Source: Dehalococcoidia bacterium UBA5748
Lineage (GTDB): Bacteria; Chloroflexota; Dehalococcoidia; Dehalococcoidales; UBA5627
Reading direction: 5' to 3'
Length of the DNA: 64,000 nt
Assembly (NCBI GenBank): GCA_002419135.1
Contig: DIFM01000026.1
Span: 5,381 to 69,380, forward strand
The translations under genes and the position numbers were made by a program. Below, piece after piece: positions 49,201-57,824 of this stretch; positions within the stretch are counted from its first letter, which is position 1, and the number at the start of each line of letters is the position of its first letter. The notes below the pieces were generated by a model, which was not told the origin of the DNA, made no database searches, and worked only from the letters and a program-made list of their open reading frames with translations.

Positions 49201-49478
49201 TTATAAAAAGTGAGAGAGCCGGAGAGATGGTCAGGGTATCTTTCACTGATGACGGTCCGGGTATATCCGGAGAGAATTTGAAGAAGCTATTCGACCCCTT
49301 TTTCACCACCAAGGAAGTGGGCAAGGGAACCGGTTTGGGCTTGAGTATTTGTCATGGTATAATTTCCCAGCACCGCGGGAACATCTATGCGGAAAGTGAA
49401 TTGGGGAAAGGCGCTACATTTGCAGTGGAGCTCCCCATAAATCTGTCTGAAGAAACCGAAGGGGAAAATAATGAATAA
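43242..49478 (+). CDS. giant hybrid sensor kinase: REC - GAF x3 - PAS x9 - HisKA - HATPase
   Basis: Start moved to MKILIVEDNED. Receiver domain, then GAF-like and PAS modules separated by nine DITERK-type linkers, an H-box (SSGIAHELNNPLTSV) and an ATPase (DDGPGI...GKGTGLGLSI). Confidence 0.9.
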   Translation: MKILIVEDNEDSRNLLSKQLRSYGHEVITANNGIEALEQALKDAPDIVVSDIQMPEMDGFQLCRQWKQNEKLKYIPVVFYTATYTSQEDEKFALNLGVNAFVRKPTDPGVLAKILSEIIEQAGAGLLPPPIVESLGQDEYLEEYNKRLVAKLQKKIEDLNLEISRRKKAESDIRRIGRMLRTISECNQLLVHATDEKELLESICDLVVRSEGFPLAWAGFAENDEDKTVRPVAFAGSVTEYLNNLKISWADNEFGKGPTGVAIRTGKHCIARYGTTDSDFARWHASAAKYGFNSSIALPLISEGITIGSLNIYSKDEDAFNEEQVKLLAELADDLAYGITALRKRHELDIATENLVRSEKKYSTLVEYSSDGIIIIQDGLIKFANRETTRMTGFTLNETIGKALADFVSPRYKEFVSERYTRRMAGEDVPSRYEVEINRKNGKAVPVEINAGIIEYDGKPADMALIRDITERKEAEQQVLRQRTILEAINRVFEDTLECETDEEVARSCLSVAEQLTGSEFGWIGEINKAGLLDTLAQSDPGWQACRIPGTTATKCIRNMDVRGVWGRVLKSRKALITNDPSTHPDSVGVPDGHPSLTSFLGVPLKDGAKTFGMIALANKPDGYTLLEQEAVEKLSVAMVELLRRKRADNSVRLHERHLQELVELYKMTEDRRKSISDYVSYTLESVQKSLQSRIAFIGTMNEDESIFTTLAWTKDTMKQCAIEKKPMRFSIAESGLWGEVVRQRRPIVINDYDAAEEYKKGYPEGHIPIKRFLSVPIFSSDRIVAVAAVANRDSEYNDSDVNVLTSLLHEMWNLTERKKDEEALKESEAKYRLLVENIPVGVAIMRGGKILFTNSQNEQISGYTIEELKSINPFDAIYEEDRAKVTEYAAMRVRGESVPGSYDIRIIHKDGSLRWLNRNVVRIDWLGEKALLIIDTDITERIKAEQAVQESEKKYHSLFTQSTEGIYVHDLDGNIVDVNEVACIQTEYTREELLQLNVFDLHPDCQPTANNPKPEIIELWKGWQTGQRFYYEGEHRRKNGNVYPTEISTGVIEYGNNKYILAIVKDITERKEAAESLRKERESARRILDTAQAIILTLDSKGKIVHFNPYTTAISGYTIDEVRGKDWFETFLPQRNRQQTRAMFNKALETVKPASNVDIIVTKAGEERFIDWYFISIKDNGGETLGVLSTGQDVTERRKAEEEVLASETRYRRLFEAAKDGILIVNAETGLIFDVNPFLINLLGLTKEDFIGKELWEIGIFKDIVANKANFEELRQKGRIRYEDLPLRTHDGRQVDVEFVSNVYEVDHSKVIQCNIRDITERKKAEEALKDEATRRRILLEQSRDGIVVLNQEGGVHEANKRFAEMLGYSNEEVLKLHAWDWEYMASQDRLVEMLRDVDEKGDQFETKHRRKDGSIYDVEISTNGAIFAGQKLIFCVCRDITERKNAQEELRESQHLFSTVANTSPALVWMSGTDKLCNWFNEPWLTFTGRTMEQEMGNGWTDGVHPDDLAGCLKTYVQAFDSRQEFSMEYRLRHHDGEYRWIIDKGTPRFDANGNFMGYIGSCLDITERKKAAEQMRKSEEKYRTLFETMRQGVIFWNENGKLISANAATEGILGLSMEQMLGKSPAEIFRKAIHENGSAFPKNKYPSCMALKSGNSAKDIIMGVFNFKEDRYRWIVINAMPLFKENENKPHQVYTTYSDITQIKQIERALIQSENNLRQLLDSWTTTFNSINNGICLLSLDGTVIRCNQAMNDILGKTDKEINGEKCFRLVHGTERRIKGCPHLKMIKSGHREAFEYMVGEKWFYTVVDPIFDGKGNISASVHIMEDITERKKTAERMIVTDRLASIGELSSGIAHELNNPLTSVIGLTQLLLEGGNIPEDISRDLQLVNSEARRAAKVVKNLLVFARRHPNEMQLSDVNQAVEKVLELREYEQKVSNIRVIRKLDPHLPRILMDYFQIQQVFLNIVVNAEFAMVEAHNKGTLIIKSERAGEMVRVSFTDDGPGISGENLKKLFDPFFTTKEVGKGTGLGLSICHGIISQHRGNIYAESELGKGATFAVELPINLSEETEGENNE

Positions 49479-50505
49479 AATCGATAACGGCGGCTGGACG
49501 ATACTTGTAGTTGACGATGAACCGGTTATCAGGCGTCTTCTGCGCCAGAAAATGATATCGCTGGGCTATGCCTGCTTTGAAGCTGATGGTTCACGGCAGG
49601 CTATGGAAAAGATGAATGAAAGCCCTGCTGATTTGGTGATTTTGGATATTATGATGCCGGGCGGTTCGGGAATGGAGCTGCTGCCGGAACTCAAAAAAGC
49701 CTATCCGGATGCTATAGTTATTATGGCGACTGCCGTCGGCGATGCGGATACAGCTATCAAGTGCGTCAGACTGGGCGCCTACGACTATTTCACCAAGCCG
49801 TATAATCTTGACGAAGTGGCATTGAGTGTAGAACGTGCACTGAATACGCGCCGGCTGGAACTGGAAGTGCTCGATTATCAGAATAATCTCGAAGAGAAGG
49901 TAAAAGTACAGGCAGACAAAATCCGCACCTCTTTTATGAATGCCGTTACAGCACTGGCTTTGGCGCTGGATGCCAAGGATGGATATACCAGCGGGCATTC
50001 GGGGCGTGTTTCGGAAATTTCCGTGGTTATCGCAAAAGAACTGGGCATGCCGGATGGCAGTATTGAAAATATCCGACTGGCAGGTCTGATTCACGATATC
50101 GGAAAAATCGGTGTGAAAGAAGAGGTGTTGAATAAACCGGGCTTGCTGACACCTCAGGAATTCGAGTATATCAAGACGCATCCTGCAATCGGTGAGCGTA
50201 TCTTAAAACCTATTGTGGAAGAACAGGAAATCCTCGATATAGTGCGCCTGCATCACGAGCGCTTTGACGGCAAAGGCTATCCCGATGGCTTAGCCGGTGA
50301 GCAGATTCCGACAGGTGCGGCTATTATGGCGCTGGCGGATGCCTATGACGCTATGACCAGCGACCGTCCATACCGCAAGTCGTTAGGGCATGCGGCAGCG
50401 GTTAGCGAGATTAAGAAGGGTTCCGGAACCCAGTTTTCTCCCGATGCGGTTGAAGCGTTTTTGAGGGTGGAAAATACTATTGCACCTAAAACAGTCAAAC
50501 CCTGA
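49471..50505 (+). CDS. response regulator with HD-GYP phosphodiesterase domain
   Basis: 344 aa. The receiver domain is followed by HSGRV...IHDIGKIGV...HHERFDGKGYPDGL. The start overlaps the kinase stop by 8 nt. Confidence 0.9.
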   Translation: MNKIDNGGWTILVVDDEPVIRRLLRQKMISLGYACFEADGSRQAMEKMNESPADLVILDIMMPGGSGMELLPELKKAYPDAIVIMATAVGDADTAIKCVRLGAYDYFTKPYNLDEVALSVERALNTRRLELEVLDYQNNLEEKVKVQADKIRTSFMNAVTALALALDAKDGYTSGHSGRVSEISVVIAKELGMPDGSIENIRLAGLIHDIGKIGVKEEVLNKPGLLTPQEFEYIKTHPAIGERILKPIVEEQEILDIVRLHHERFDGKGYPDGLAGEQIPTGAAIMALADAYDAMTSDRPYRKSLGHAAAVSEIKKGSGTQFSPDAVEAFLRVENTIAPKTVKP

Positions 50506-50582
50506 TTGGCACGTTTCACGCACGGATTATTGACATCGGGAACACATTTCCCCCAACCGGCTTTCAGAATGTATAATCTAGT

Positions 50583-52550
50583 ATGCTAAATATAAGTAAT
50601 CTCTCCAAATCATTCGGTCTGCGCACTCTTTTTTCGGGTTTGTCACTGAGCGTGGGCGGGCGCGACCGCGTCGCTGTGCTCGGTCCTAACGGCTGCGGCA
50701 AAACGACTCTTTTCGAAATTATAGCCGGCAACATCGCCCCCGATGAGGGTGTAATCACACGTCAAAGAGGAATGACCGTCGGGTATCTGAAACAGGATGT
50801 AGAGCCTTTTTCAAATAAACTGTTACTTGAAGAAATTATAGGCAGCTGTGAAAAAACCGGAGCGTTGAAGGCGCGCATAGATGCCATAGTTCTTAAACTG
50901 GAGGGTACACTCGATGAGGCTGAAAAATCCTCCCTGCTGGATGAACTGGGTGATCTGCAGCACCGCTTCGAATTGCTCGGCGGAAACGATATCGAGCATC
51001 ACGCAAAGGTAATACTGTGTGGCCTCGGTTTTTCCGAAAAAGATTTTTTACGCCCGTTGAACAGTTTAAGCGGCGGCTGGCTGATGCGCGCTTCTTTAGC
51101 CAGATTGCTTGCCATAAATCCCGACCTGCTGCTTTTGGATGAACCTACCAATCATCTCGACCTGGAATCATGTATCTGGTTCGAAAATTACCTGATGCGC
51201 TACGAGGGGGCGGTACTATTAACATCACATGACAGGTCATTTTTAAATAAGGTGACAAATAAAATACTGGCAATCGAAAACGGCAAGCCGGTGTGCTTTA
51301 ACGGCAATTATAACGGCTATATAGAAATGCGGCAGAAAGAAGCGGAAAAACTGGAGGCGGCTGCCCAGCGGCAGGAAAAGAAAATTGCCAAGGAAATGGA
51401 GTTTATTGAACGCTTTCGCTATAAGGCAACCAAGGCGCGGCAGGTGCAGAGTCGCCTAAAAATGCTGGCAAAGGTCGAGCGTATTGAAGTACCTCGTATG
51501 ACGAAAAAAGTGAACTTCAGCTTTGCCGAACCGCAACCGGGAGGACGCGAGGTAACTACCCTTAAAAACATTCATAAGTCATACGGAGAAACAGCTGTCT
51601 ATTCCGGAATCGAGCTGATAATCGAGCGCGGTGATAAGATTGCGTTGGTAGGTCCGAACGGAGCCGGTAAAACCACCCTGTTAAAAATTCTTGCCGGAGT
51701 GCTGCCTTTCGAAAGAGGCGAAAGGGTGTTGGGTTATAAAGTAGAAACAGCTTATTATGCGCAGCATCAGCTGGAGCTTTTAAATCCGGCTAATGATTTG
51801 TTGTCCGAGCTGAGGCGTGTATCTGCCGAGCCGTCCGACCGGCAGCTGCGCTCTCTTCTGGGAGCCTTCCTTTTTGTCGGTGACGATGTTTATAAAACTG
51901 TGTCTGTGCTTTCCGGCGGTGAAAAAGCGCGCCTTGCCATTGCCAAAATGCTGCTTAAACCGGCTAACTTCATACTGATGGATGAACCTACCAACCATCT
52001 CGATATCGCTTCGCGTGAAGTGCTTACCGATGCGCTGGAGGAATACAGTGGTACTTTGTGTTTCATTACACATGACCGCTTGTTGATTAACCAGGTAGCC
52101 AATAAGATAATCGAGGTTAAAAACGGCAATATCAAAATCTACCTGGGGGATTACGATTACTATACCGAAAAAAGGGCAGAAAACGAAGCAGCTCCCATCT
52201 TCTCTTCAGGCAGTAAACCAAAGTCTTCATCCGAAGATATAAAACAGCGTAAGCATAAGGAAGCAAGGTTGCGTAACGATTATTTCCGCAGGTCCAATCC
52301 TCTAAAAGACGAAATAGAAAAAACGGAGGAAGAAATATCGCGATTGGAAGAAGAGAAGGGTTACATCGAAGCGCTGTATGCCGATGAGACGAAATGTAAC
52401 GACGGAGCAGCCATGGTAGAGGTAACAACCAGGCATCAACAGGTACTTGGGCGCATTAAGGCTCTGGAGGCGCGCTGGGAGCAGTTGAGCATGCAGGATG
52501 AAAAAATGAGGCAGGAACTGGCAGAAGCCCTGCGCTCTCTGAATGATTAA
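50583..52550 (+). CDS. ABC-F family ATPase (Uup/YheS-like)
   Basis: 655 aa. Two ABC cassettes ([15 protein letters not shown]; [17 protein letters not shown]), no TM domain, and a coiled-coil C-terminus. Confidence 0.92.
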   Translation: MLNISNLSKSFGLRTLFSGLSLSVGGRDRVAVLGPNGCGKTTLFEIIAGNIAPDEGVITRQRGMTVGYLKQDVEPFSNKLLLEEIIGSCEKTGALKARIDAIVLKLEGTLDEAEKSSLLDELGDLQHRFELLGGNDIEHHAKVILCGLGFSEKDFLRPLNSLSGGWLMRASLARLLAINPDLLLLDEPTNHLDLESCIWFENYLMRYEGAVLLTSHDRSFLNKVTNKILAIENGKPVCFNGNYNGYIEMRQKEAEKLEAAAQRQEKKIAKEMEFIERFRYKATKARQVQSRLKMLAKVERIEVPRMTKKVNFSFAEPQPGGREVTTLKNIHKSYGETAVYSGIELIIERGDKIALVGPNGAGKTTLLKILAGVLPFERGERVLGYKVETAYYAQHQLELLNPANDLLSELRRVSAEPSDRQLRSLLGAFLFVGDDVYKTVSVLSGGEKARLAIAKMLLKPANFILMDEPTNHLDIASREVLTDALEEYSGTLCFITHDRLLINQVANKIIEVKNGNIKIYLGDYDYYTEKRAENEAAPIFSSGSKPKSSSEDIKQRKHKEARLRNDYFRRSNPLKDEIEKTEEEISRLEEEKGYIEALYADETKCNDGAAMVEVTTRHQQVLGRIKALEARWEQLSMQDEKMRQELAEALRSLND

Positions 52551-52691
52551 ACATATTTCTGACGTTATTATTTTTCGCCAATTTACTGAAACGACAATTT
52601 TTAGAATCGCCTATAATCTTCCTTGAAAAATATTTTTCTTGACGGGTATTGATTATCCGCAAGAGTTGTACTAATCTATTGTGTGAGAGAT

Positions 52692-53267
52692 ATGAGAAAG
52701 ATAGTTTTGGCGTCCTCCTCCCCGCGCAGAAAAGAGCTGCTCGAGAAGTTCGGGCTCAGTTTTACGGTGGATGCGGGCTCATTTCGGGAGGACTTCTCCC
52801 GGGGAATGGAGCCGCATAAGCTGGCGAGGGAAATTTCTCTCGGTAAAGCCGATGCGGTTGCCCGGAAACACCCAGATGCCTTGATTATCGGGGCAGATAC
52901 ATTTATCATTCTTGCTAACCGGATAATCGGTAAGCCGCAAACGGAAGAAGAAGCCCGTGAGATGCTTCAGAATATCAGCGATAATTCACATTTGGTAATA
53001 ACCGGTTTCACCGTTATCGATACGGCATCCGGCAGAATCGTATCCCATTCGGTCGAAACAAAAGTACACATCCGGGAAATATCTGCGGAGGAAATCGAAG
53101 CCTATATAAAAACCGGTGAACCGCTCGGGAAAGCGGGGGGCTACGCCATACAGGGTCTGGGAGCGTTATTTGTGGAAAAAATCGAGGGCGATTACTTCAA
53201 TGTGGTGGGTCTTCCGATGTATGCGCTTATGAATACTTTGAAGGAATTCGGTATTCAGGTATTATAA
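52692..53267 (+). CDS. maf: Maf-like nucleoside triphosphate pyrophosphatase
   Basis: VLASSSPRRKELL, GADT, GKP and YAIQG motifs. Start moved to the ATG at ORF codon 4. Confidence 0.9.
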   Translation: MRKIVLASSSPRRKELLEKFGLSFTVDAGSFREDFSRGMEPHKLAREISLGKADAVARKHPDALIIGADTFIILANRIIGKPQTEEEAREMLQNISDNSHLVITGFTVIDTASGRIVSHSVETKVHIREISAEEIEAYIKTGEPLGKAGGYAIQGLGALFVEKIEGDYFNVVGLPMYALMNTLKEFGIQVL

Positions 53268-53337
53268 AGTCGCTCATATTATCTTTTGCTTTGGTGTTTT
53301 ATACCCCGCCTCGGATTCTTCGTTTGTCCCTCACGAA

Positions 53338-53367
53338 CTCAGAATGGCAGTTTAAGAAGGACTTCCC
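53338..53367 (+). repeat. left copy of cagaatg(g/a)cagtt...ttccc repeat flanking fic
   Basis: ctcagaatggcagtttaagaaggacttccc, similar to 54655-54683 in the same orientation. Confidence 0.55.
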
Positions 53368-53386
53368 GCACTGGCAGGGGGAGAGA

Positions 53387-54520
53387 TTATCTGAACAGCT
53401 TCAAGTAGTCTTCGAAATTAAAGATACGATTGCGCTTGTCCCCCGTCATTTCAGTTAGAATCCCCACAGAAAGAAATGTCTGTGTCAGATCGTTGGATGC
53501 TTTTACGGAAAGACCTGTAATCTGCTGGACATCCTTCACTGTAATTACCGGTTTGGAAAAAAGCGCTCGCAACAGGATACCTGCCTGCTTTGCCCGTTTA
53601 CCCATAGCTAATATCTTGTCTTGTTCAATGCTATTTTTTAAATCGGTAATTTTATGAAGCGTCTCTATTCCGTTTTCGGCCGTTTGTATTACTCCTGTTA
53701 GAAAAAATTTTAGCCATTGTGCCATATCATTTTTTATACGTACCAGTTCTAATTTATCGTAATACAGGTTTTTATTCTTTTCAAAGAAATCCGACAGATA
53801 CAGGAGCGGTTTCTCCAAAACACCGGAACTGACCAAGTAAAGTGTAATCAATAATCGCCCCATTCTGCCGTTACCATCAAGAAACGGATGGATTGTTTCA
53901 AACTGATAGTGTGCTATGGCAATACGGATTAAATGGGGTATTTTTATATCGGTATTATGCAGGAATTTTTCAAGGTCTGCCAGTAATTCAGGAAGCTCTG
54001 TATGTACGGGCGGAACAAAAACAGCATCATCAAGGCTGGCTCCGCCAATCCAATTTTGAGACATTCTGAATTCTCCCGGTGTTTTATTTTCACCTCGCCC
54101 ACTGGAAAGTAATATTCGATGGGTATTTCTGATCAGGCGATTAGAAATGGGCAGCTTTGATAACTGCTCTATGGCATCATTCATAGCTAATATATAATTA
54201 TTGACCTCATGCCAGTCATCCCGCTTTTCGGGGGCAATTTCTCTTTCTTCGGCAATAGCTTCTTCTATATTGGTATGTGTGCCTTCTATACGGCTTGAAG
54301 TAACCGCTTCTTTTACGATATGCATCTTAATAAACATATCCGTATCTGGGACGAAGCGTGAAAATGAGTTTAATTCCCCGAGTTTCAGTGAAGCTTTTTC
54401 AAGCATCTCATTTATAATCTCATCTTTCCAGACAAATGAATGGTTGATTTTCTCAGGTAGAAAATACTTGTAACGATTACCTTGCCGCCAGATTCCTGCG
54501 CTAAATTCAGAAATATCCAT
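53387..54520 (-). CDS. fic: Fic family protein (AMPylase-type) with N-terminal inhibitory motif
   Basis: 377 aa. Fic motif HPFLDGNGRMGR, an upstream (S/T)xxxE(G/N) inhibitory helix candidate TSSRIEGT, and a C-terminal wHTH-like region. Confidence 0.9.
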   Translation of the reverse strand: MDISEFSAGIWRQGNRYKYFLPEKINHSFVWKDEIINEMLEKASLKLGELNSFSRFVPDTDMFIKMHIVKEAVTSSRIEGTHTNIEEAIAEEREIAPEKRDDWHEVNNYILAMNDAIEQLSKLPISNRLIRNTHRILLSSGRGENKTPGEFRMSQNWIGGASLDDAVFVPPVHTELPELLADLEKFLHNTDIKIPHLIRIAIAHYQFETIHPFLDGNGRMGRLLITLYLVSSGVLEKPLLYLSDFFEKNKNLYYDKLELVRIKNDMAQWLKFFLTGVIQTAENGIETLHKITDLKNSIEQDKILAMGKRAKQAGILLRALFSKPVITVKDVQQITGLSVKASNDLTQTFLSVGILTEMTGDKRNRIFNFEDYLKLFR

Positions 54521-54654
54521 TAATATCTTTCCCTACATTATGGTTTTCGCTAATTTACTATAAATAATTAAAGTAAATTATAAAGAAATGTAATTTACCT
54601 TGTCAAGAGGAGGAATCGCCGCATGGTTCGACCCAGACAAATCAAGAATCACTC

Positions 54655-54683
54655 TCCAGAATGACAGTTAAAGAGGGATTCCC
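54655..54683 (+). repeat. right copy of cagaatg(g/a)cagtt...ttccc repeat flanking fic
   Basis: tccagaatgacagttaaagagggattccc. Confidence 0.55.
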
Positions 54684-54825
54684 ATAAATATCGGTTTGTC
54701 CATAATCGTACTTTCAAAAAGTTTGTATACATCTATTGGCAAATGTATACAAACCGGCATACTTTGTACATTTATCTTGAAGTGATCTACTAAGTGATTA
54801 CACTATTACAGGAGCGCAATAACCT

Positions 54826-56157
54826 TCAAACAATTTCATTTACAAAAGAGGCGGCGCTTTCACCTGCCACATATCCCGTGGAGAAAGCGGCTTGCAAATT
54901 ATACCCGCCGGTCTCGGCATCGATATCCATCACCTCTCCGCAGAAATACAATCCTTTAATCAGTTTCGAACCCATCGTCCTGGGGTCTATTTCTTTCAAT
55001 GAAACTCCTCCGGCGGTTACCATTGCAGAGGAAAGCGGCAGGGTCGATTTTATATTAAAGCGCAGTGATTTTAACAGCATCAGCAGTCCTTCCTTTTCGG
55101 CAGCATTGATCTGGTTGCCGAATTTGTGCGGTTCGATATGCGACATTTTTACAAACGGCTCGATGAGCTTCTGCGGCAATAATTCTTTAAGAATATTGCG
55201 AAAGCTCCTTTTGCTGTAGGTATCGAAGTCGCGTTGCAGCCTTTCACCCAGTTCCTTGAAACTTAAAGCCGGTTTCAAATCTATCGCCACACTGACGGGA
55301 CCTTTTTCCAGTGCTTCGGCAACAGATAAGCTCATCAGCAGCGTGATAGGGCCGCCGATGCCGAAATGGGTCATCATCATATCTCCCATACGGCTTTCGA
55401 TAAGCGGCGGCTTGGGGCTTTTACCCGGAATGCCGCGCCCGCAGTCTTTTAGCGGTGCAGTCGATACGTCTATTTCCTGCGAAGCGCATTGATAAGCTGT
55501 CAGACGCACGTTTTTGAGCGTTACCCCCTGCATACTCTTTGCCAGCTCAATCTCTTCCACGACTAAAGGCACCAGCGCCGGCCGTAAGGGTATAATGGTA
55601 TGATTCAGGGCAGCTGCCAGTCGGTAGCCATCGCCGCTGGAACCGGTCGCGGGATAGGATGCCCCTCCGGCAGCAATAATAACCGCCTTTGCCGGATACA
55701 CTTGCATTTCTGTTTTTACTCCCGTTATTTGCCCGTCCACCGTGATAATTTCGGTTGCTTTAACGCCGGTTTGAATCTGAACCCCGTTTTTCGTAATATA
55801 TTTCATCAGTGCGTTTACGACATCCGCGGCATTATCGGATTGAGGGAAGATTCTGCCCCCGCGTTCAGTCTTGGTTTCCACTCCGTAACGTCTTAAGAGA
55901 GCCAGCAGGTCCTCTCTGAAAAATCTACTGAATGCATTGTAGAGGAATCTGCCGTTAGCTCCGAACATGGGGATAAACTCTTCAAGCTCTTTCGAATTGG
56001 ATACGTTGCAGCGTGTCTTACCGCTGATGAGGATTTTATTGCCGGGTGCGGCACTCTTTTCCAGTAAAAGAACATCTGCACCCGCTTCCGCCGCCCTGCC
56101 GGCTGCCAGCATACCGCCCGCTCCGGCGCCGATAACAATTATCCGGTTACTTTTCAT
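54826..56157 (-). CDS. NAD(P)/FAD-dependent oxidoreductase (HI0933/BaiN-like flavoprotein)
   Basis: 443 aa. Motifs VIGAGAGGMLAAGRAAEAGADVLLLEK and ISGKTRCNVSN, plus C-terminal GLYFCGEVMDIDAETGGYNLQ. Confidence 0.88.
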   Translation of the reverse strand: MKSNRIIVIGAGAGGMLAAGRAAEAGADVLLLEKSAAPGNKILISGKTRCNVSNSKELEEFIPMFGANGRFLYNAFSRFFREDLLALLRRYGVETKTERGGRIFPQSDNAADVVNALMKYITKNGVQIQTGVKATEIITVDGQITGVKTEMQVYPAKAVIIAAGGASYPATGSSGDGYRLAAALNHTIIPLRPALVPLVVEEIELAKSMQGVTLKNVRLTAYQCASQEIDVSTAPLKDCGRGIPGKSPKPPLIESRMGDMMMTHFGIGGPITLLMSLSVAEALEKGPVSVAIDLKPALSFKELGERLQRDFDTYSKRSFRNILKELLPQKLIEPFVKMSHIEPHKFGNQINAAEKEGLLMLLKSLRFNIKSTLPLSSAMVTAGGVSLKEIDPRTMGSKLIKGLYFCGEVMDIDAETGGYNLQAAFSTGYVAGESAASFVNEIV

Positions 56158-56378
56158 AGGTATATTAGTGTACAGATTTTTTATCTTTATAACAAGAATC
56201 GACTGCCGGTTTGTTTTTTTACCTGTTTTATATGTGGCTTTGTAATTATTATTGTATTAGTGTACAATTAAGGAAGTTTAAGTTGAAGTTATTACAGGAA
56301 TTCAGAATCATTGTATATTCTCATCCCCATTGGATGACTCAGACTCTGAACTAAAATATTAAGAGAGGAGGTCATTCA

Positions 56379-56675
56379 ATGAGTTTTCAGGACAAATCAA
56401 TCCAGTGTTCCGATTGCGGTGCTACATTCACTTTCAGCGCAGAAGACCAGGAATTTTTCCAGTCAAAGGGTTATACAAATGAGCCCAAGCGTTGTCCTTC
56501 ATGCCGTGCGGCAAGAAAGACCGAACGTAACGGAAACGGCGGCGGCTATTCTTCGTCACGCCAGATGTTCCCGGTCACATGCAGCAGTTGCGGCAGAGCT
56601 ACCGAGGTTCCTTTTCAACCGCGAGGCGACAAACCGGTCTATTGCAGCGATTGCTACAGAAAAGTAAGCCGCTAA
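56379..56675 (+). CDS. zinc-ribbon protein (CxxC-x17-CxxC repeat type)
   Basis: 98 aa. CSDCG...F.F...EQEFF..KG....P.RC..CR, and a second CSSCG...CSDCY unit. Confidence 0.75.
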   Translation: MSFQDKSIQCSDCGATFTFSAEDQEFFQSKGYTNEPKRCPSCRAARKTERNGNGGGYSSSRQMFPVTCSSCGRATEVPFQPRGDKPVYCSDCYRKVSR

Positions 56676-56700
56676 ACTTATCGGTTTAAAAAAGAACTTA

Positions 56701-56734
56701 AAGACGGGCTGTAAAACAGCCCGTCTTTCGTTTT
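56701..56734 (+). terminator. rho-independent terminator
   Basis: aagacgggctg/cagcccgtctt 11-bp stem with loop taaaa, then tcgtttt. Confidence 0.7.
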
Positions 56735-56765
56735 AAACGGCTAAAAGGTGACAAAAAGGAGCCCG

Positions 56766-57125
56766 ATGATGAGACGCAGATTAATGGATTCACCTCGCAG
56801 GTCAAACAGGATCAATTTATATGTGGGCAACCTGTCATCCACTGCTACCGAAATCGATTTGAAGCAGGTATTTTCGGCTTTCGGCCCGGTGATCGAGGTA
56901 AGCATAATGAACGATGAATATATAGGCAGCGGCCAATCTCGAAGATATGCCTATATAAAGATGGAAGAAAGAACCCAGGGAGAAGCCGCCATACTCAATC
57001 TCAACGGCAAATCGTTAAGTAATCGTGTTATCGGTGTTATCGAAGCCCTGCCGCTTTCTCCCGTCAATGTCACTCCTCCCTGTAATAAATACAGACACAG
57101 AAGCTGGAGGGATAAAAAAGAATAA
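56766..57125 (+). CDS. RNA-binding protein (RRM domain)
   Basis: RNP2 is LYVGNL and the RNP1-like motif is RRYAYIKM. I chose the ATG after AGGAG; the ORF opens at a GTG at 56748. Confidence 0.85.
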   Translation: MMRRRLMDSPRRSNRINLYVGNLSSTATEIDLKQVFSAFGPVIEVSIMNDEYIGSGQSRRYAYIKMEERTQGEAAILNLNGKSLSNRVIGVIEALPLSPVNVTPPCNKYRHRSWRDKKE

Positions 57126-57310
57126 TTTTTTATCCGGAAAAGTTCAGAAACATATTGGACTATTAGACCTGCTATCACTTTGTATAAGATAGTGTTATAA
57201 TACCTGCCAGAGGTGGTAATCATACGCTGTCTCTTAATTCAAAATCGAAAACGCTGACGATACACAAAGTAGACGAAAGCATCTTTGCGCCGCATTATTT
57301 TGCACGCTGT

Positions 57311-57784
57311 ATGGAGTACGACTGCAAGGATTGCTGCTGTGCTCACGGCTGTTCTGTCGATATCGCCGAGATAGACCGCATAATGTCATATAAAGACGAA
57401 CTGGAAAAGCGGCTGGGAATTAGTTCTTCCAAATGGTTTACCGGTAAAATCATCGCCGATGCCGATTATCCCTCGAAATACTACATGCGCACCAGGACCT
57501 ATCACGGGTTCTGTGTTTTTCACAATAATAATGTGCGCGGCTGCCTGCTGCATACGATGGCGCTGGAAAAGGGACTCGACCCGCATCTGATTAAACCGAT
57601 GGTCTGCTTTTTATTCCCGATAACCTGGGATAAGGATTACCTGCTGATAGCGGATTTCCTTGATGAGCTGCCCTGCAAACAAAACGGGGATTCCGTTATT
57701 GACTCAATCATGCCTGAAATCAGGTACTACCTGGGGGAAGAAATGGCTACGGAGATAGAAAACCTGAAAAATAGCCGCAAATAG
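57311..57784 (+). CDS. Cys-rich hypothetical protein (YkgJ/DUF3109-like)
   Basis: 157 aa. CKDCCCAHGC near the N-terminus and FCVFH...GCLLH. The family is recalled, not searched. Confidence 0.5.
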   Translation: MEYDCKDCCCAHGCSVDIAEIDRIMSYKDELEKRLGISSSKWFTGKIIADADYPSKYYMRTRTYHGFCVFHNNNVRGCLLHTMALEKGLDPHLIKPMVCFLFPITWDKDYLLIADFLDELPCKQNGDSVIDSIMPEIRYYLGEEMATEIENLKNSRK

Positions 57785-57824
57785 CCGCTGTCGGTTTGAT
57801 ATTTCTATTTTCCGCCTTATGTAT

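Noticed and set aside
43242-49478. Regularly spaced repeats gatatcaccgagcgtaag as a CRISPR-like array
   Set aside because: They are in-frame DITERK linkers between PAS domains of one continuous 2092-codon ORF. The spacing is about 370-740 nt, not CRISPR-like.
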